Shown: positions 9,266 to 20,364, numbered from the stretch's first letter. The stretch: 64,000 bases of DNA from Vulcanimicrobiota bacterium (GCA_963733295.1 CAVTCS010000003.1:2144001-2208000), one strand, 5' to 3'. The notes: generated by a model not told the origin, from the sequence alone. Translations and numbers: made by a program.

Positions 9266-11492
9266 CTAGATCGTAGCGGCTTTCAGAGCGGCCAACACCT
9301 TAGCCGGCTTAAAGGGAACAGACCGAATGCGTGCCCCGGTCGCGTCGAAAATCGCGTTGGCGATAGCGGAGGGAATCACGGAGCTCGTCGGTCTCGCCTG
9401 CGCCCCACGGCGGTTGTTCAGGGCGATCGATTAGTTCGATGGTGACTTCGGGGACGTCAGGGAAGGTTAGTATAGGATAGGTCGCCCAATCGCGACTGGT
9501 CACCGTACTTCGATTGAAGGTTACCTCCTCGATCAGTGTGCGACTGACCGTCTGCACGACGTTGCCTTCGATCTGATTGCGTAAGCCGTCCGGGTTGATG
9601 ACCTGTCCGCAATCGTGAACGACGAAAACACGGTCCACCTTTACGTGGCCACTCGTACGATCGACGGTGACGTCCGCGACCACGCCGACATATGTGCGCA
9701 CGAGCTCGTATTTCGTGTAGGAGATGCCCCTGCCTCGCGCGAGCGAGCCGGTGTCGTCTCGCGTCGCGCGCGGCTCCCACTTCGCGAGTTCGCGCAGACG
9801 TTCAAGAACTTCAAGTCCGCGTGGATCCTTGGTGTGTCGGACGCGAATTTCAAGAGGGTCGACATTCGTGAGTGCGGCAATTTCGTCCAGAAAACTTTCG
9901 CTGGCAAAACTAAGTTGCATGCGGCCCGGTGCACGAATCCAGGCCGATTTGAGCGGCGTCGTTGCGAGCCAATGCGCGGTGGTCTTGACATTGGGCAGGG
10001 CATAGGGGATACCCCCGCCCAGCCGAGGTGTGGCGGAGAGGTCGGTTACATCCCGCGGCAGTTTCGCGAGATCGGCGGCGAGCAAAGTTATGCCCGACCG
10101 ATTCATTGGCTGTTCGGGCACGAAGACGTCAGACTCCCACGCGGCAACCGCTCCAGCGGTACTGACCTTGGCTTTGTAATCGAGAAGCATCGGCGGATTC
10201 TTCGGATCCCAGCCGTGCTCGTCTTGACGCATCCATTGCACGCGCACCGGCCGGCCGATCTCCTTAGCGATCAACGCCGCTTCAGACGCACAGTCCTCGT
10301 GCCCGTTGCGACCGTAGCAGCCAGCACCTTCGATGTAGATGCAGCGAACGCTATCGTGCGGCAACTGCAACATCGTCGCCAGTTGGAGGCGCAGCAGATG
10401 AGTTGCCTGCGAAGCGGTCCAGACGACGAGTTTCCCGCCTTTGAAATCGGCGACCGCGCACGACGGACCGATTGAGCCGTGGGTGTCGATCGCGAAGTCG
10501 TATGTAGCTTGCAACGTCCGACCTTCGGTCTGCATCGCCTCAGTGGAGTCCCCGATGTTCTGCAGCACTTCACTGCGGAGAATTTTGGTCGAGCGCACGT
10601 AGGCGAATAGCTCTGCCTCCTCGGGCAGTCCAGCCCAAGCCGACCAGGTCGCAGCGATCGTTGTCGCAGCTTTAATAGCGGCCCACTCGTCGGTAGCAAC
10701 CACGGCCAGAAAGTTGACCACACGCACCGCGCGCACGTAACCCGGAATCTTCCGGCAATCAGCGTCGCTAAAGTTCTCAAGTTGAGCCTGCATCGCAGGC
10801 GGGTGCACGGCGCGGGCGTGCAACATTCCGGGTAATTTGAAATCCTGCACGAACGAGAATGAGCCCATTATCTTCGCGGGAATGTCGAGGCGGGGCACCG
10901 ACTTCCCAACGATCGTGTAGCTTTTCGGATCCTTGAGCGGTGCCTTAGGGTCCACCCTCAATTGTATCGTGCGACCGGCGGTTAGCTGCGCGTAACTGAC
11001 GCCCGTACCACCCGACCTCGGTATGACAATCCCGGCGTGAACGGTGAGATCCTCTTTGGTCGTATGCAGCCGTTTAGCCGCTTCATCGAGCAGCGCCTCG
11101 CGCGCGGTCGCCGCAGCGACCCGGATCTGCATGCCGCCAACTTGGATCGTCATGCTGGCGAACGTCGGGCCTTGGTCGGGTGTGACCAGAGTATCGCCCT
11201 GAACAAGCTTCACCTGATTGATTGGGACGCTTAGCTCCTCGGCAGCGATCTGCGTGATGGCCGTGGAGACCCCCGTGCCGAGCCCCACTTTCCCCGAGTA
11301 GACTGTTACTCCACCAGTGTCGTCGATCGCCAAGAAAGAGTCGACTTCATCGAGCGCGAGGGTTCTCGTGGGGACAGTGCTCTGCTTGGCACCGGCTAGA
11401 GTGGGCAGAAAAGGGAACGAGACGATCAGCGCACCGCCTGCAGCTAGAAAGGTTCGACGAGAGGCTCGCATATCGCGTGATGTTCTACTCAT
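9266..11492 (-). CDS. Molybdopterin-binding subunit of a xanthine-oxidase-family hydroxylase (IorB/NicB-like), frameshift near 9393
   Basis: Twin-Arg SRRTFLAAGG, GKVGLGTG, GCYGRNG, WIRAPG, NPDGLRNQIEG. Removing one base gives GAGEPTSSVIPSAIANAIFDATGARIRSVPF...*. Confidence 0.88.
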
Positions 11493-11962
11493 TCAAGCAG
11501 CTTTTCGGACGCACGCATAACCGCGCGCAGGATCCGCACGTGCGTGCCGCATTTGCACAGGTTGGCCGCCAGCGCCGAACGGACTTCACTTTCAGTCGGA
11601 CGCTTGGTCGTGGCGAGGAGCCCGGCTGCCTGCATGATCATGCCGTTAATGCAATATCCGCATTGAGCCGCTTGTTCTTCGATGAACGCCTGCTGCAATG
11701 GATAGGGGATGCCGGGCGTCCCGAGGCCTTCGAGGGTGACCACCTTGCTCCCAGCGGCTGCCGAGACGGGCAGGACACAACTCCGAACAGGAGCGCCGTT
11801 GAAGTGAACGGTGCACGCTCCGCATTGTCCGAGTCCGCAACCAAAATGCGGACCGCGCAGGTCGAGCTCGTTTCGCAGCGCGTAGAGCAGCGGCATATCC
11901 GGGTCCTCGAAATGGAGCGTGCGCATCTCTCCGTTGACGGTCAAGGTGATCGATTTTGGCAT
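11489..11962 (-). CDS. (2Fe-2S)-binding small subunit (IorA/NicA/CoxS-like)
   Basis: GCGLGQCGACTV, QCGYC and LCKCGTH; overlaps the large subunit start. Confidence 0.92.
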   Translation of the reverse strand: MPKSITLTVNGEMRTLHFEDPDMPLLYALRNELDLRGPHFGCGLGQCGACTVHFNGAPVRSCVLPVSAAAGSKVVTLEGLGTPGIPYPLQQAFIEEQAAQCGYCINGMIMQAAGLLATTKRPTESEVRSALAANLCKCGTHVRILRAVMRASEKLLE

Positions 11963-11970
11963 GGCTACTT

Positions 11971-12162
11971 TCAGTTCAACGCCAAGCGCTGTGCCACGAG
12001 CGATTCGTTGTGCTCGGGATTTGCCTGATATGCAACCGCCTCGTCGACGACCGAAGGAATCGGCGGGTAAGGACCTTTCGACAGATGGGCGCGCGCTGGC
12101 CCGCACATGGCGCCCGATGCGGTTAAGGCGGCCGCAAGAAAGCTCAATCGGCGCAAACGCAT
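11971..12162 (-). pseudogene. N-terminal remnant of a secreted protein (possibly PQQ-like propeller)
   Basis: GGGGAG RBS, signal peptide MRLRRLSFLAAALTASGAMCGPARA, AVAYQANPEH, then an early stop. Confidence 0.45.
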
Positions 12163-12452
12163 GTCAATCTCCCCGTGCTGAGAGCAGACGTTAGCCATCC
12201 GGCGCCACTGTCCTCGAACGAATCAGCATCCGTCAATAGCGTCGACAAGTCCTCGCTCACGGACTCACTGAGTACATCGATCGCGGATCTCGAGCATGCT
12301 TCACTACCCAAATTGAGCATCGCTCGGCCCCACGCGGAAAGCCTTATGCCACAGGGATTTGCGGGACACTAGCGCGTGTGGATGCATGGCGATGTACGAA
12401 TGCACGCAGACGAAGCATACGGGCGCTGCTGCGTAGGGAGAAGTTTACGCCT

Positions 12453-12569
12453 CTACGTACGGTCTTGGGCGTTGTCCATCTCGTTACTGAGGAGCAAGTT
12501 AACGATCGGGTCGTCGTAAACGGTTTCCGGTGCGTTTGGACCTTGCTTCCTTTCGACTCGGATGCTCAT
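12453..12569 (-). pseudogene. 38-aa remnant, possibly an enoyl-CoA hydratase N-terminus
   Basis: MSIRVERKQGPNAPETVYDDPIVNLLL...*; ATGA overlap with the CMD stop. Confidence 0.35.
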
Positions 12570-13331
12570 GTCTCAGGGTTTCCTTTTTCGCGCTTGGCAA
12601 GTTCTTCAGCTAAAATTGGCACGCCCAAGTTGCAAGCCTGAATACCCTGGACGACGCAGAGTTTGAGAACCTCGACGATTTCTTCCATCGTAGCGCCAGC
12701 TTCGAATGCCCGTTTCATGTGGCGATGCGTGCCGGGCGCGTACATGTGCGTGTAAGAAGCATCGCAGGCGATGCTGAGCAGTTCGAGCTCTTTTGGCGGC
12801 AGCGGACAGGTCTTATAGACTCCGGCAACGGCGGCCATGAATTCGTCAAACCACGCTGGGTCCAATGCGACCAGAGGGTCCCAAACGGCATTCCACTGAC
12901 CGATCGCCTTCATCGCATCACAAGCCGGCGTGGCGATCGCGTTCGAACGTGGCACCGGTCTTCACTCCCGCCGCCTTGGCTTCTTCCGCCAATATCGGAG
13001 CGCCCGCGGCTAACGCATGGATAGCCATCAGCGCGCCGGCCTTCATCACGAATAGGATCTCATCGCGAGTGGCCCCAGCCTCGAGCGCTCCTCGAGTGTG
13101 GCGGCGCGTCCCGTCGGAATTGAGATTCGTGCATGCGACGTTCAGCCCCAGACTGATTAACTCGACGAGCTTGCGAGAGAGGACTCCGCTCGTCCAAGGA
13201 TTGTCGGACATCTTTACGCATGCATCAACCCAGTCCGGGTCCCACTCACGTACTTGAGCCAGAGGAGCCGCGTCCCAGGGACCCTTCGCCGCCGTGGCCG
13301 GAGTAGCTGCTTCTTTCATGGGTTGCCTCAC
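12566..13331 (-). CDS. Tandem two-domain carboxymuconolactone decarboxylase (CMD/AhpD-like) protein, frameshift near 12956
   Basis: Two homologous domains (LSRKLVELI..HTRGALEAGATRDEI; LPPKELELL..HMKRAFEAGATMEEI) overlapping out of frame. Confidence 0.8.
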
Positions 13332-13397
13332 ATTTGCAAGTGTGCTCGAAGATTAGACCTTATGCCAAATAGCGTCCACTGGAACCGACCAAGAACG

Positions 13398-13796
13398 TTA
13401 CGGGCGCACAATCATTGCGATGAGCGCAAGTACACCCAACAGCGCGACTAACCCGGCAAGAATTACGGCTGAAGAGCGCCGCTTGCTGGCGTAACGAATT
13501 CCCAAGTCACGAATGTTTCCTCGGTGTTCGATAACGGCCAGGACCAGTGACCCCACGCCGATACAAACCATTACAAATCCAAGTTGCGGCGCGCCAAAGT
13601 TGACGGTAATTTTCTCAGCGGTAGGGCGCAGAATATTGGAGAATTTCGACACGCCGAATCCAAAAGTAATCAACGCCGTTGCGGTTCTGACCCAAGCAAG
13701 CATCGTGCGCTCGACCGCAAGGCGCGTTCGCGTAGCCGCGAGCGTCGTCGCGTCGTCCGGCTTGGGCGCGCCCGCCCGGCTAGCGTCGCTCACCAC
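13398..13796 (-). CDS. DUF202/YidH-like membrane protein
   Basis: RTRLAVERTMLAWVRTATALITFGF; three hydrophobic segments. Confidence 0.9.
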   Translation of the reverse strand: MVSDASRAGAPKPDDATTLAATRTRLAVERTMLAWVRTATALITFGFGVSKFSNILRPTAEKITVNFGAPQLGFVMVCIGVGSLVLAVIEHRGNIRDLGIRYASKRRSSAVILAGLVALLGVLALIAMIVRP

Positions 13797-13806
13797 GGCA
13801 ACGGCA

Positions 13807-14925
13807 CTATGCTACGTAGTGTCCATCAGAGCCCGCAAAGACCGTTTCGCGGAGCTTCCCGTCCGATTTGTGTACCAAAAAGCCCTGATGGCCGGCTTCG
13901 CGGTTCGGAGGCAGTCCGAGGTTGGCCAGCGTCTCCTCGGTGCTCTTGTACGTCACGCCGATCTTCAGCATTTGACGCGCTTGCTCGGCAGTAGCAATGT
14001 CGCGGCCGATCTCGCGGGCCATCCGGACGTGCTTCTCGATCATCTGAACTGTTTTCATCCGAACGCCCTTCTTGACGTCCCAGAGGTTGTCTTCGATGCC
14101 GGCACGCGTGTGCTGCCCGAGCGCGATCATCATCATCGAAATCGGGTGGGTCAAGCGAAACGTCGTTTGATACGTAAAGAACGACCCGTGCGGCGTCCGG
14201 CGCACCAACTCCATCAGGTCGAACGGATTTGCCCCACAGATCCCGCCGCCGCCGGTGCTGAAGAACCCGTTCATCGGCCCCATGTACTCGCCTCGCCGAA
14301 CCATGCGCTCGACGATTTCCAACCCATGGATGTGCGGAAGGGCGAAGTATGGCTGTATCCCGTGCTCGACACAAAGCCTGGTCTCTTCGACGTAGAAGTC
14401 GGGCGTCGAATCTGCCACCATGTTGGATATTCCATGCATCGCGTCTTCGTTGCACAGGTGCGTTCCCTCGAACGCATTCATCGGGTGAAGCGCGGTCAAG
14501 TCGTAAAGCGAGGTACCGCACGCGACGGTGATTTGGTCCGGCTTGGGGTCGATCGTCGTCAGCTTGTGCCGTTGCTCGTAGCTGCCGAAGGCTCCCACTT
14601 CACCCGGCGCCGGGGCAAATGAGATCGATCCACCGATCTGCAAGATCATCTTGGGCACGGCCTGACGCAAACGCGCGATCTGCTCGCTGTATTCGTCGAA
14701 GTTCTTAGAGATGTGCCCCGTCTTCGGGTCACGCACGTGAATGTGCAGCAGCGTCGCCCCGGCGTTGTAGCAGTCCACAGCGGCTTGAACTTGCTCGTCC
14801 CAGGTGAGGGGTATGTATCCCGGGGGTCCATCCTGGGGCATCCACATCGGGCCATACGGAGCTGCAGTGATCATCAGCGGAGCCATGTTCTCAGGTAAGA
14901 GAGAATCGTCAGTAAAGTACGCCAC
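13807..14925 (-). CDS. Beta-keto acid cleavage enzyme (BKACE/Kce, DUF849), paralogue 1
   Basis: ITAAPYG, AGATLLHIHVRD and RAGIEDNL metal-binding motifs. Confidence 0.9.
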   Translation of the reverse strand: MAYFTDDSLLPENMAPLMITAAPYGPMWMPQDGPPGYIPLTWDEQVQAAVDCYNAGATLLHIHVRDPKTGHISKNFDEYSEQIARLRQAVPKMILQIGGSISFAPAPGEVGAFGSYEQRHKLTTIDPKPDQITVACGTSLYDLTALHPMNAFEGTHLCNEDAMHGISNMVADSTPDFYVEETRLCVEHGIQPYFALPHIHGLEIVERMVRRGEYMGPMNGFFSTGGGGICGANPFDLMELVRRTPHGSFFTYQTTFRLTHPISMMMIALGQHTRAGIEDNLWDVKKGVRMKTVQMIEKHVRMAREIGRDIATAEQARQMLKIGVTYKSTEETLANLGLPPNREAGHQGFLVHKSDGKLRETVFAGSDGHYVA

Positions 14926-15072
14926 GGTTTTCCTTTCTGTGCCAACAGCGGGAAGGCGAGCTACTCCGGATCGTGCCTATGTCCCTTGCCGACGATTTTC
15001 GTCGTCATCTTAAGCTTGTTAAGCTCACTGAGTAGGCGGTTCGCCCCGTGGAGATTCTGCGCCGCGCGTTCG

Positions 15073-17421
15073 CTATTTGTACTCCACGCGCACTCGATCG
15101 ATCGTACCGTTAAACGTAAACGGTGCTTGATCGTAGTAGTCAACGGAGACCGGTGAGCCAAGGTCTGTACCGATGTTGAGACATCCGTTGGCCGTAAACG
15201 CGAGCGGAGCGGAAACCGGCACCTGGCCTCGCGCCACCTCCGTGCCATCGACGCTGAGCGTTACTTCGAGCGCCCCTGCGGGCCTCGGCGTTCCCGCATA
15301 GGCCGTCCTCACCTCGATTGCCGCCTTCCCGACAGGTAGCTTCTTTTGAGCCTTAATGTGGGTTCGCTGAATCTCGAAAAGGTTATATTCGTAGCACAAC
15401 GCGCCGTCCAGAATGTAGCAGCTCAGGCCGCCCGAGAACGCCCCAAGCGAATACAGAACGCCGTTCGCACTCTCTGGAATGTCCGCCTCAACAGTGACGA
15501 CGCTTGGCCTGTTTCCGAGCGCTGGTGCCGTAAACTCGGGCATCCGCGTGATGCGCCCGGGAAAGCTCCACTTCGTATACGGGACCGCGACACGATTCTC
15601 CGGATGCAGCATCACCCAGAGACCGCCGCCCACCGGGTATCCGTTATTCCTTGCGAATTCGATCGCAAAGAGCTCCTTCAACTCGGCAAGCTTTTCCGGC
15701 ATCTTTTCGGCGAGATCGTTTGCCTGCGACCAATCTTTCTCAAGATCGTAAAGTTCCCAGCGGTCATGGTCGGGTGTCCACGTTGCCAAACTCGCTGACA
15801 TACCCGCCTGCCACGGTATCCGGGGACCAAAGGCAGAGGCGAACCAGCCCTCGTGGTAGATCCCGCGACTCCCCATGATTTCGAAATACTGGGTCAGCAG
15901 GCGCCCTGGTGCATCGCCATCACCAAACGAGTACGCCAGGCTTACCCCATCGATGCGATCTTGAGGGATGCCGTTGACGACGCGCGGCGGTGTGATACCC
16001 AGTAGCTCGTAGATGGTGGGAACGATGTCGTTGACGTGGTGAAACTGCGTGCGCGGTGCACGGTCGGGCTTGATCCGGGCCGGCCACTGGACCGCCATCG
16101 GATTCCGCGTGCCGCCGAAATGAGACGCAACAAGCTTTGTCGCCTGATAGGGCGTGCTTCCGGCCCAGGCCCAACCGGAGTGGTACATGTTGTCCGTCTT
16201 CGGCGAACCTAGCGCGTCGAGCCCGCCGAGCTTATCCAGTGCTTCGATGTGCTGCTGGATCGTCGTCGGAATGCTATTTTGCGCGAGCAACTCGCTGATC
16301 GTCCCGTTCTGGCCTTCGGCCGACGATCCGTTGTCACCCCAGATATAGAATATCAGCGTGTTCTCGAGATAGCCAAGTGCGTCGATTTCGTCGACGATGC
16401 GGCCGACCTGAGTATCGACGTGTTCAGCGAATCCCGCAAACACTTCCATCAAGCGGCGTTGGAACGGCCGTTCGCTCTCTGGAATGCTTTCCCAAGCGAC
16501 CATGGTCGGATGTCGTGGGGTGAGTTGTGCCTGCGCAGGGATCCAGCCCTTGGCCTTGGCCTTCTCGAAGACGCGCTCGCGATACGCGTCCCATCCAGCA
16601 TCGAACTTGCCTTTATACTTATCCGCCCACTCCTTCGCGACATGATGGGGGCCGTGGAGCGCTCCCGACGCCCAATACATGAAGAACGGCTTATCTGGCT
16701 GGAACGCTTGGTGCTTTCGTAACCAGTCGATGGCGTCGTCCGCCAGGTCCTCACTAAGGTGGTAGCCTTGTTCGGGCGTCTTGGGCGGTTCGACGAGGGT
16801 CGTGTTGCGAACGAGGCTTGGCTCCCACTGAGACGCCTCGCCGGCGAGGAAGCCGTAGAAATACTCAAAGCCATAGCCGGTGGGCCAGTATTCGAAGGGC
16901 CCTGCGGCCGTCGTCTGGACCGCCGGCGTATTGTGCCACTTACCGAAGGCGGCGGTACTGTAGCCGTAGCATTTCAATACTTCGGCGATCATCGCGCTGC
17001 TTTTTGGCTGGATGCCGGCGTAGCCGTCCCAGTCGTTCCCGAACTCGGCGATTTGCCCGGCGCTCACGTGGTGATGGTTTCTGCCCGTCAAGAGCGAGGC
17101 GCGCGTCGGCGAGCACATCGCAGTCGTGTGAAAACGGTTGTAGCCGATCCCGGCTTCGAGGACGCGCTGGAAGGTCGGCGTATCCACTTCGCCACCCAAC
17201 GGGCGAGGGAGACCGGGACCGCAATCGTCGATAAGGACGATCAGGATATTGGGCGCGTCCTCGGGCAGACGACGCGGTTCGACGCGTTGGTGGTAGACCG
17301 AATCTTGCATCGTGCGGCCGGCTATGCTTGCCGACGGCGTGGGTGGAAACGGCAAAACTTCCTGGACCGGAAGGTTGGGTCGTACGGGCTCCGCTGCGCT
17401 CGGGCTTGATTTCTTGTCCAA
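15073..17421 (-). CDS. Cys-type arylsulfatase
   Basis: PNILIVLIDD, CSPTRASLLTG, GKWH, GDNG. Confidence 0.93.
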   Translation of the reverse strand: MDKKSSPSAAEPVRPNLPVQEVLPFPPTPSASIAGRTMQDSVYHQRVEPRRLPEDAPNILIVLIDDCGPGLPRPLGGEVDTPTFQRVLEAGIGYNRFHTTAMCSPTRASLLTGRNHHHVSAGQIAEFGNDWDGYAGIQPKSSAMIAEVLKCYGYSTAAFGKWHNTPAVQTTAAGPFEYWPTGYGFEYFYGFLAGEASQWEPSLVRNTTLVEPPKTPEQGYHLSEDLADDAIDWLRKHQAFQPDKPFFMYWASGALHGPHHVAKEWADKYKGKFDAGWDAYRERVFEKAKAKGWIPAQAQLTPRHPTMVAWESIPESERPFQRRLMEVFAGFAEHVDTQVGRIVDEIDALGYLENTLIFYIWGDNGSSAEGQNGTISELLAQNSIPTTIQQHIEALDKLGGLDALGSPKTDNMYHSGWAWAGSTPYQATKLVASHFGGTRNPMAVQWPARIKPDRAPRTQFHHVNDIVPTIYELLGITPPRVVNGIPQDRIDGVSLAYSFGDGDAPGRLLTQYFEIMGSRGIYHEGWFASAFGPRIPWQAGMSASLATWTPDHDRWELYDLEKDWSQANDLAEKMPEKLAELKELFAIEFARNNGYPVGGGLWVMLHPENRVAVPYTKWSFPGRITRMPEFTAPALGNRPSVVTVEADIPESANGVLYSLGAFSGGLSCYILDGALCYEYNLFEIQRTHIKAQKKLPVGKAAIEVRTAYAGTPRPAGALEVTLSVDGTEVARGQVPVSAPLAFTANGCLNIGTDLGSPVSVDYYDQAPFTFNGTIDRVRVEYK

Positions 17422-17997
17422 ACCACGCTCCTTGTCGCGGCGAGCACCGGCACGTCCGCGGCCGTCTATTTTGGACTCACAGCGGTTCGGGTCCCCTCGT
17501 TTTCCCGCCGATGTTTGTGTTTCGCGCGATGCTCGGCCGTTTGTTCGTCGGCGTTCCAGACGATTCAGAAAAAGTTAGGACAACTACCTTAATCCGATCA
17601 ACGACGATGTTCCGAAGCCGACCGTCGAAATGCGTCGCGCTGAATGCACGCGTCGATGCCCGCCGCCGCAAACCTTCAAAACAGACCGCTCAACACCGAG
17701 CAGCGCAACGTTCTTGGATGGGTGCGCGACAACGGGAATCTCAGGGGTCTTCGCAATTCCAGCCGGGGGCTCAACCGCGTCCAAGATTTCAACTCTATCG
17801 CCCACCCTCGTGCTCTATGATGGCGAGATGGCGAAAGGATCATTCGCTCACAGTCGTCACGGCGCAAGCGGAGCATTTGCCATCCGGCGTTATGGTTTCG
17901 TGCGCTCGACCATATCGAGGTAGCCTGCGGAACCTGGTGATAGTCGTTCGGCTCTTGCGGTGGCGCTTTGACGGTGTTCTTCGCCCTAAAACGGGGA

Positions 17998-18414
17998 CTA
18001 GCGCCAGCGGTCGCCGCGGGCGGTCACGTAATTGTTCCATACGAAACCCCAAGGGAGTAAGAGCGGGACGACCACGACGCCGAGGAAGATCTGGAAAAAG
18101 TTATCGGCGAGGTCGGGATCGACGGTGTGCGCGAGATACGGCGGCAGGTACGCTGCAAGCACCCAGATGAGCTTCCACATAAACTCGAAGATTAGCAGCG
18201 GCATCATGCGCACCGGGTAGCGAATGCCCAGCAGCGCGAGCAGCGTCAGCGCTCCGAAGAAGCTCATCCCGACGCCGTGCCAAAAATCCCAGGGACGCGC
18301 ATGGTGCAGGATCGCTGGCCAGGTCCGCAACCCTTGCGCGACGCCTATCAGGGCGTAGCTTACTCGCAGCAGATACAGCCGGTACAGCGGCAGCTCAGAC
18401 TTTGCAACAGTCAT
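17998..18414 (-). CDS. Hypothetical four-TM membrane protein
   Basis: RLYLLR..LGIRYPVRMMPLLIFEFMWKLIW; hydrophobic helices. Confidence 0.75.
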   Translation of the reverse strand: MTVAKSELPLYRLYLLRVSYALIGVAQGLRTWPAILHHARPWDFWHGVGMSFFGALTLLALLGIRYPVRMMPLLIFEFMWKLIWVLAAYLPPYLAHTVDPDLADNFFQIFLGVVVVPLLLPWGFVWNNYVTARGDRWR

Positions 18415-18520
18415 ACGTTGGGAACGAGAGCCGGGTCTTTCAGCGTTCGCAGAAATTCCTGCGCCTGAGGCGACACGGTTTCCGGCACGTGAACGTACGG
18501 ACGTTGCGAAGCGGATGTGC

Positions 18521-19135
18521 TCATTGCTCTGCCTCCGTATCCTCCCACAGTCGAATCAGCTCGCGCGCCTCCTTCGAGGCCAGCATACGTGTCAAGCGCG
18601 CTACTCTTCGTCCGACTTCTTTCAACCGCTGCTCGGTAGCGGCGTCACTTAGGTTTCCGTCTACCGTGAATGCCGCAGATGCATTGTAGACCCACGCTTC
18701 CCACGGAACTACCCAAGCGTGTAACGTCCGTCCAATGGCGCGTAACGTGTTCAGCGTCGACGTTGCTCCCGTTCGTCCACCCGAGACGCCGACCAGCCCA
18801 ACAACCTTCCCCTCGAACTCGCGGCTACTCATCAGGTCGAGGGCGTTCTTTAGGACGCCGCTGAGCGTTCCGTGATAGTTCGGGGTTGCCAAAACGATGC
18901 CGCTCGCTTCCGCGACGCGTTGTCGCAGTCGTTGAATGCCTAACGTATTTTGAACCGGATCTTCCTCTTCGCCGGTGCAGAGCGGTAGATCGTAATCGCG
19001 CAAATCCAGGAGTTCCGTGGTTGCGCCTTTTTCCTGCGCACCTGCGAGAGCAATCGTTAACGCAGCCCTTGTCCAGCTACCCGGTCTGAGGCTGCCACAA
19101 AGTCCGACGACCCGTACATCTTCGTGGTGCGTCAT
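18521..19135 (-). CDS. NADPH-dependent FMN reductase
   Basis: GSLRPGS, TPNYHGTLSGVLKNALD. Confidence 0.92.
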   Translation of the reverse strand: MTHHEDVRVVGLCGSLRPGSWTRAALTIALAGAQEKGATTELLDLRDYDLPLCTGEEEDPVQNTLGIQRLRQRVAEASGIVLATPNYHGTLSGVLKNALDLMSSREFEGKVVGLVGVSGGRTGATSTLNTLRAIGRTLHAWVVPWEAWVYNASAAFTVDGNLSDAATEQRLKEVGRRVARLTRMLASKEARELIRLWEDTEAEQ

Positions 19136-19143
19136 CGTTGAAG

Positions 19144-20265
19144 TTATGCCAGTAGGTGCCCGTCGGAACCAGCGACGACCGTCTCCCTGAGCTTTCCATC
19201 GGACTTATGCACGAGGAACCCTTGCTGTCCCGCTTCGCGGTTCGGCGGTAGGCCTAGATTCGCGAGCGTTTCCTCGGTCGTCTTATACGTCACGCCGATC
19301 TTCAGCATCTGATGCGCTTGTTCGGGCGTGGCGATATCACGCCCAATTTCTTTCGCCATGCGAACGTGTTTCTCGATCATCTGAACGGTATTCATCCGCA
19401 CGCCTTTTCTCGTGTCGTATAAGTTGTCTTCAATGCCTGCGCGGGTGTGCTGTCCGAGGGCGATCATCATCATCGAAATCGGGTGCGTCAAACGAAAGGT
19501 CGTTTGATACGTGAACACCGAACCGTGCGGCGTACGCCGTACGAGCTCCATCAGATCGAACGGGTTTGCGCCGAGGAATCCGCCGCCGCCCGTGCTGAAG
19601 AATCCGTTCATCGGCCCCGCGTACTGGCCCCGGCGGATCAGGCGCTCGACGAGCTCGAGACTATGAACGTGACCAAGCGCGAAATATGGCTGGATCCCGT
19701 GTTCGACGCACAGCTTGGTCTCTTCGATATAGAAATCCGGCGTTCCGTCCGCCACCATGTTGGAGATCCCGTGCATGGCGTCCTCGTTGCCCAGATGCGT
19801 CCCTCCGAAGGAATCGTCTATCGGGTGCAGCGCGGTCAAATCGTAAAGCCCTGAGCCGCACAGGACCGTGATCTGATCGGGCTTGGGATCGATCGTCGTC
19901 AACTTGTGCCGCTGCTCGTAGCTCCCGAATTTGCCGGTCTCACCGGGCTCCGGCGCAAATGAGATCGATCCGCCGACCTGCAGGATCATCTTTGGGACGG
20001 CCTCGCGGAGACGACCGATCTGCTCGCCGTATTCCCTGAAATTCTTCGAGATTTTCCCGGTCTTGGGATCACGCACGTGTATGTGTAAGAGCGTCGCGCC
20101 TGCGTTGTAGCAATCGACGGCGGCTTGCACCTGTTCGTCCCAAGTTAGGGGGATGTAACCCGGAGGACCGTCCGAAGGCAACCACATCGGCCCGTAAGGT
20201 GCCGCAGTGATCATCAGCGGAGCCATGTTCTCCGGAAGAAGCGAATCATCAGTAAAGTAGGCCAT
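19144..20265 (-). CDS. BKACE/Kce (DUF849), paralogue 2
   Basis: About 88% identical to 13807-14925; AGGAGG before the ATG at 20265. Confidence 0.9.
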   Translation of the reverse strand: MAYFTDDSLLPENMAPLMITAAPYGPMWLPSDGPPGYIPLTWDEQVQAAVDCYNAGATLLHIHVRDPKTGKISKNFREYGEQIGRLREAVPKMILQVGGSISFAPEPGETGKFGSYEQRHKLTTIDPKPDQITVLCGSGLYDLTALHPIDDSFGGTHLGNEDAMHGISNMVADGTPDFYIEETKLCVEHGIQPYFALGHVHSLELVERLIRRGQYAGPMNGFFSTGGGGFLGANPFDLMELVRRTPHGSVFTYQTTFRLTHPISMMMIALGQHTRAGIEDNLYDTRKGVRMNTVQMIEKHVRMAKEIGRDIATPEQAHQMLKIGVTYKTTEETLANLGLPPNREAGQQGFLVHKSDGKLRETVVAGSDGHLLA

Positions 20266-20364
20266 CGGAGCCTCCTGAGACGGCGTGCGAGGAGTTGAGG
20301 TAGGCGCGGAATGAGGTGGTGCTCTGACGCGAGCGGCCCTATCCTTCGGGTCGCCAGCGCGCCT

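Noticed and set aside
17328..18170. 280-aa plus-strand ORF
   Set aside because: Arg/Ser-rich low-information translation overlapping two real minus-strand genes.
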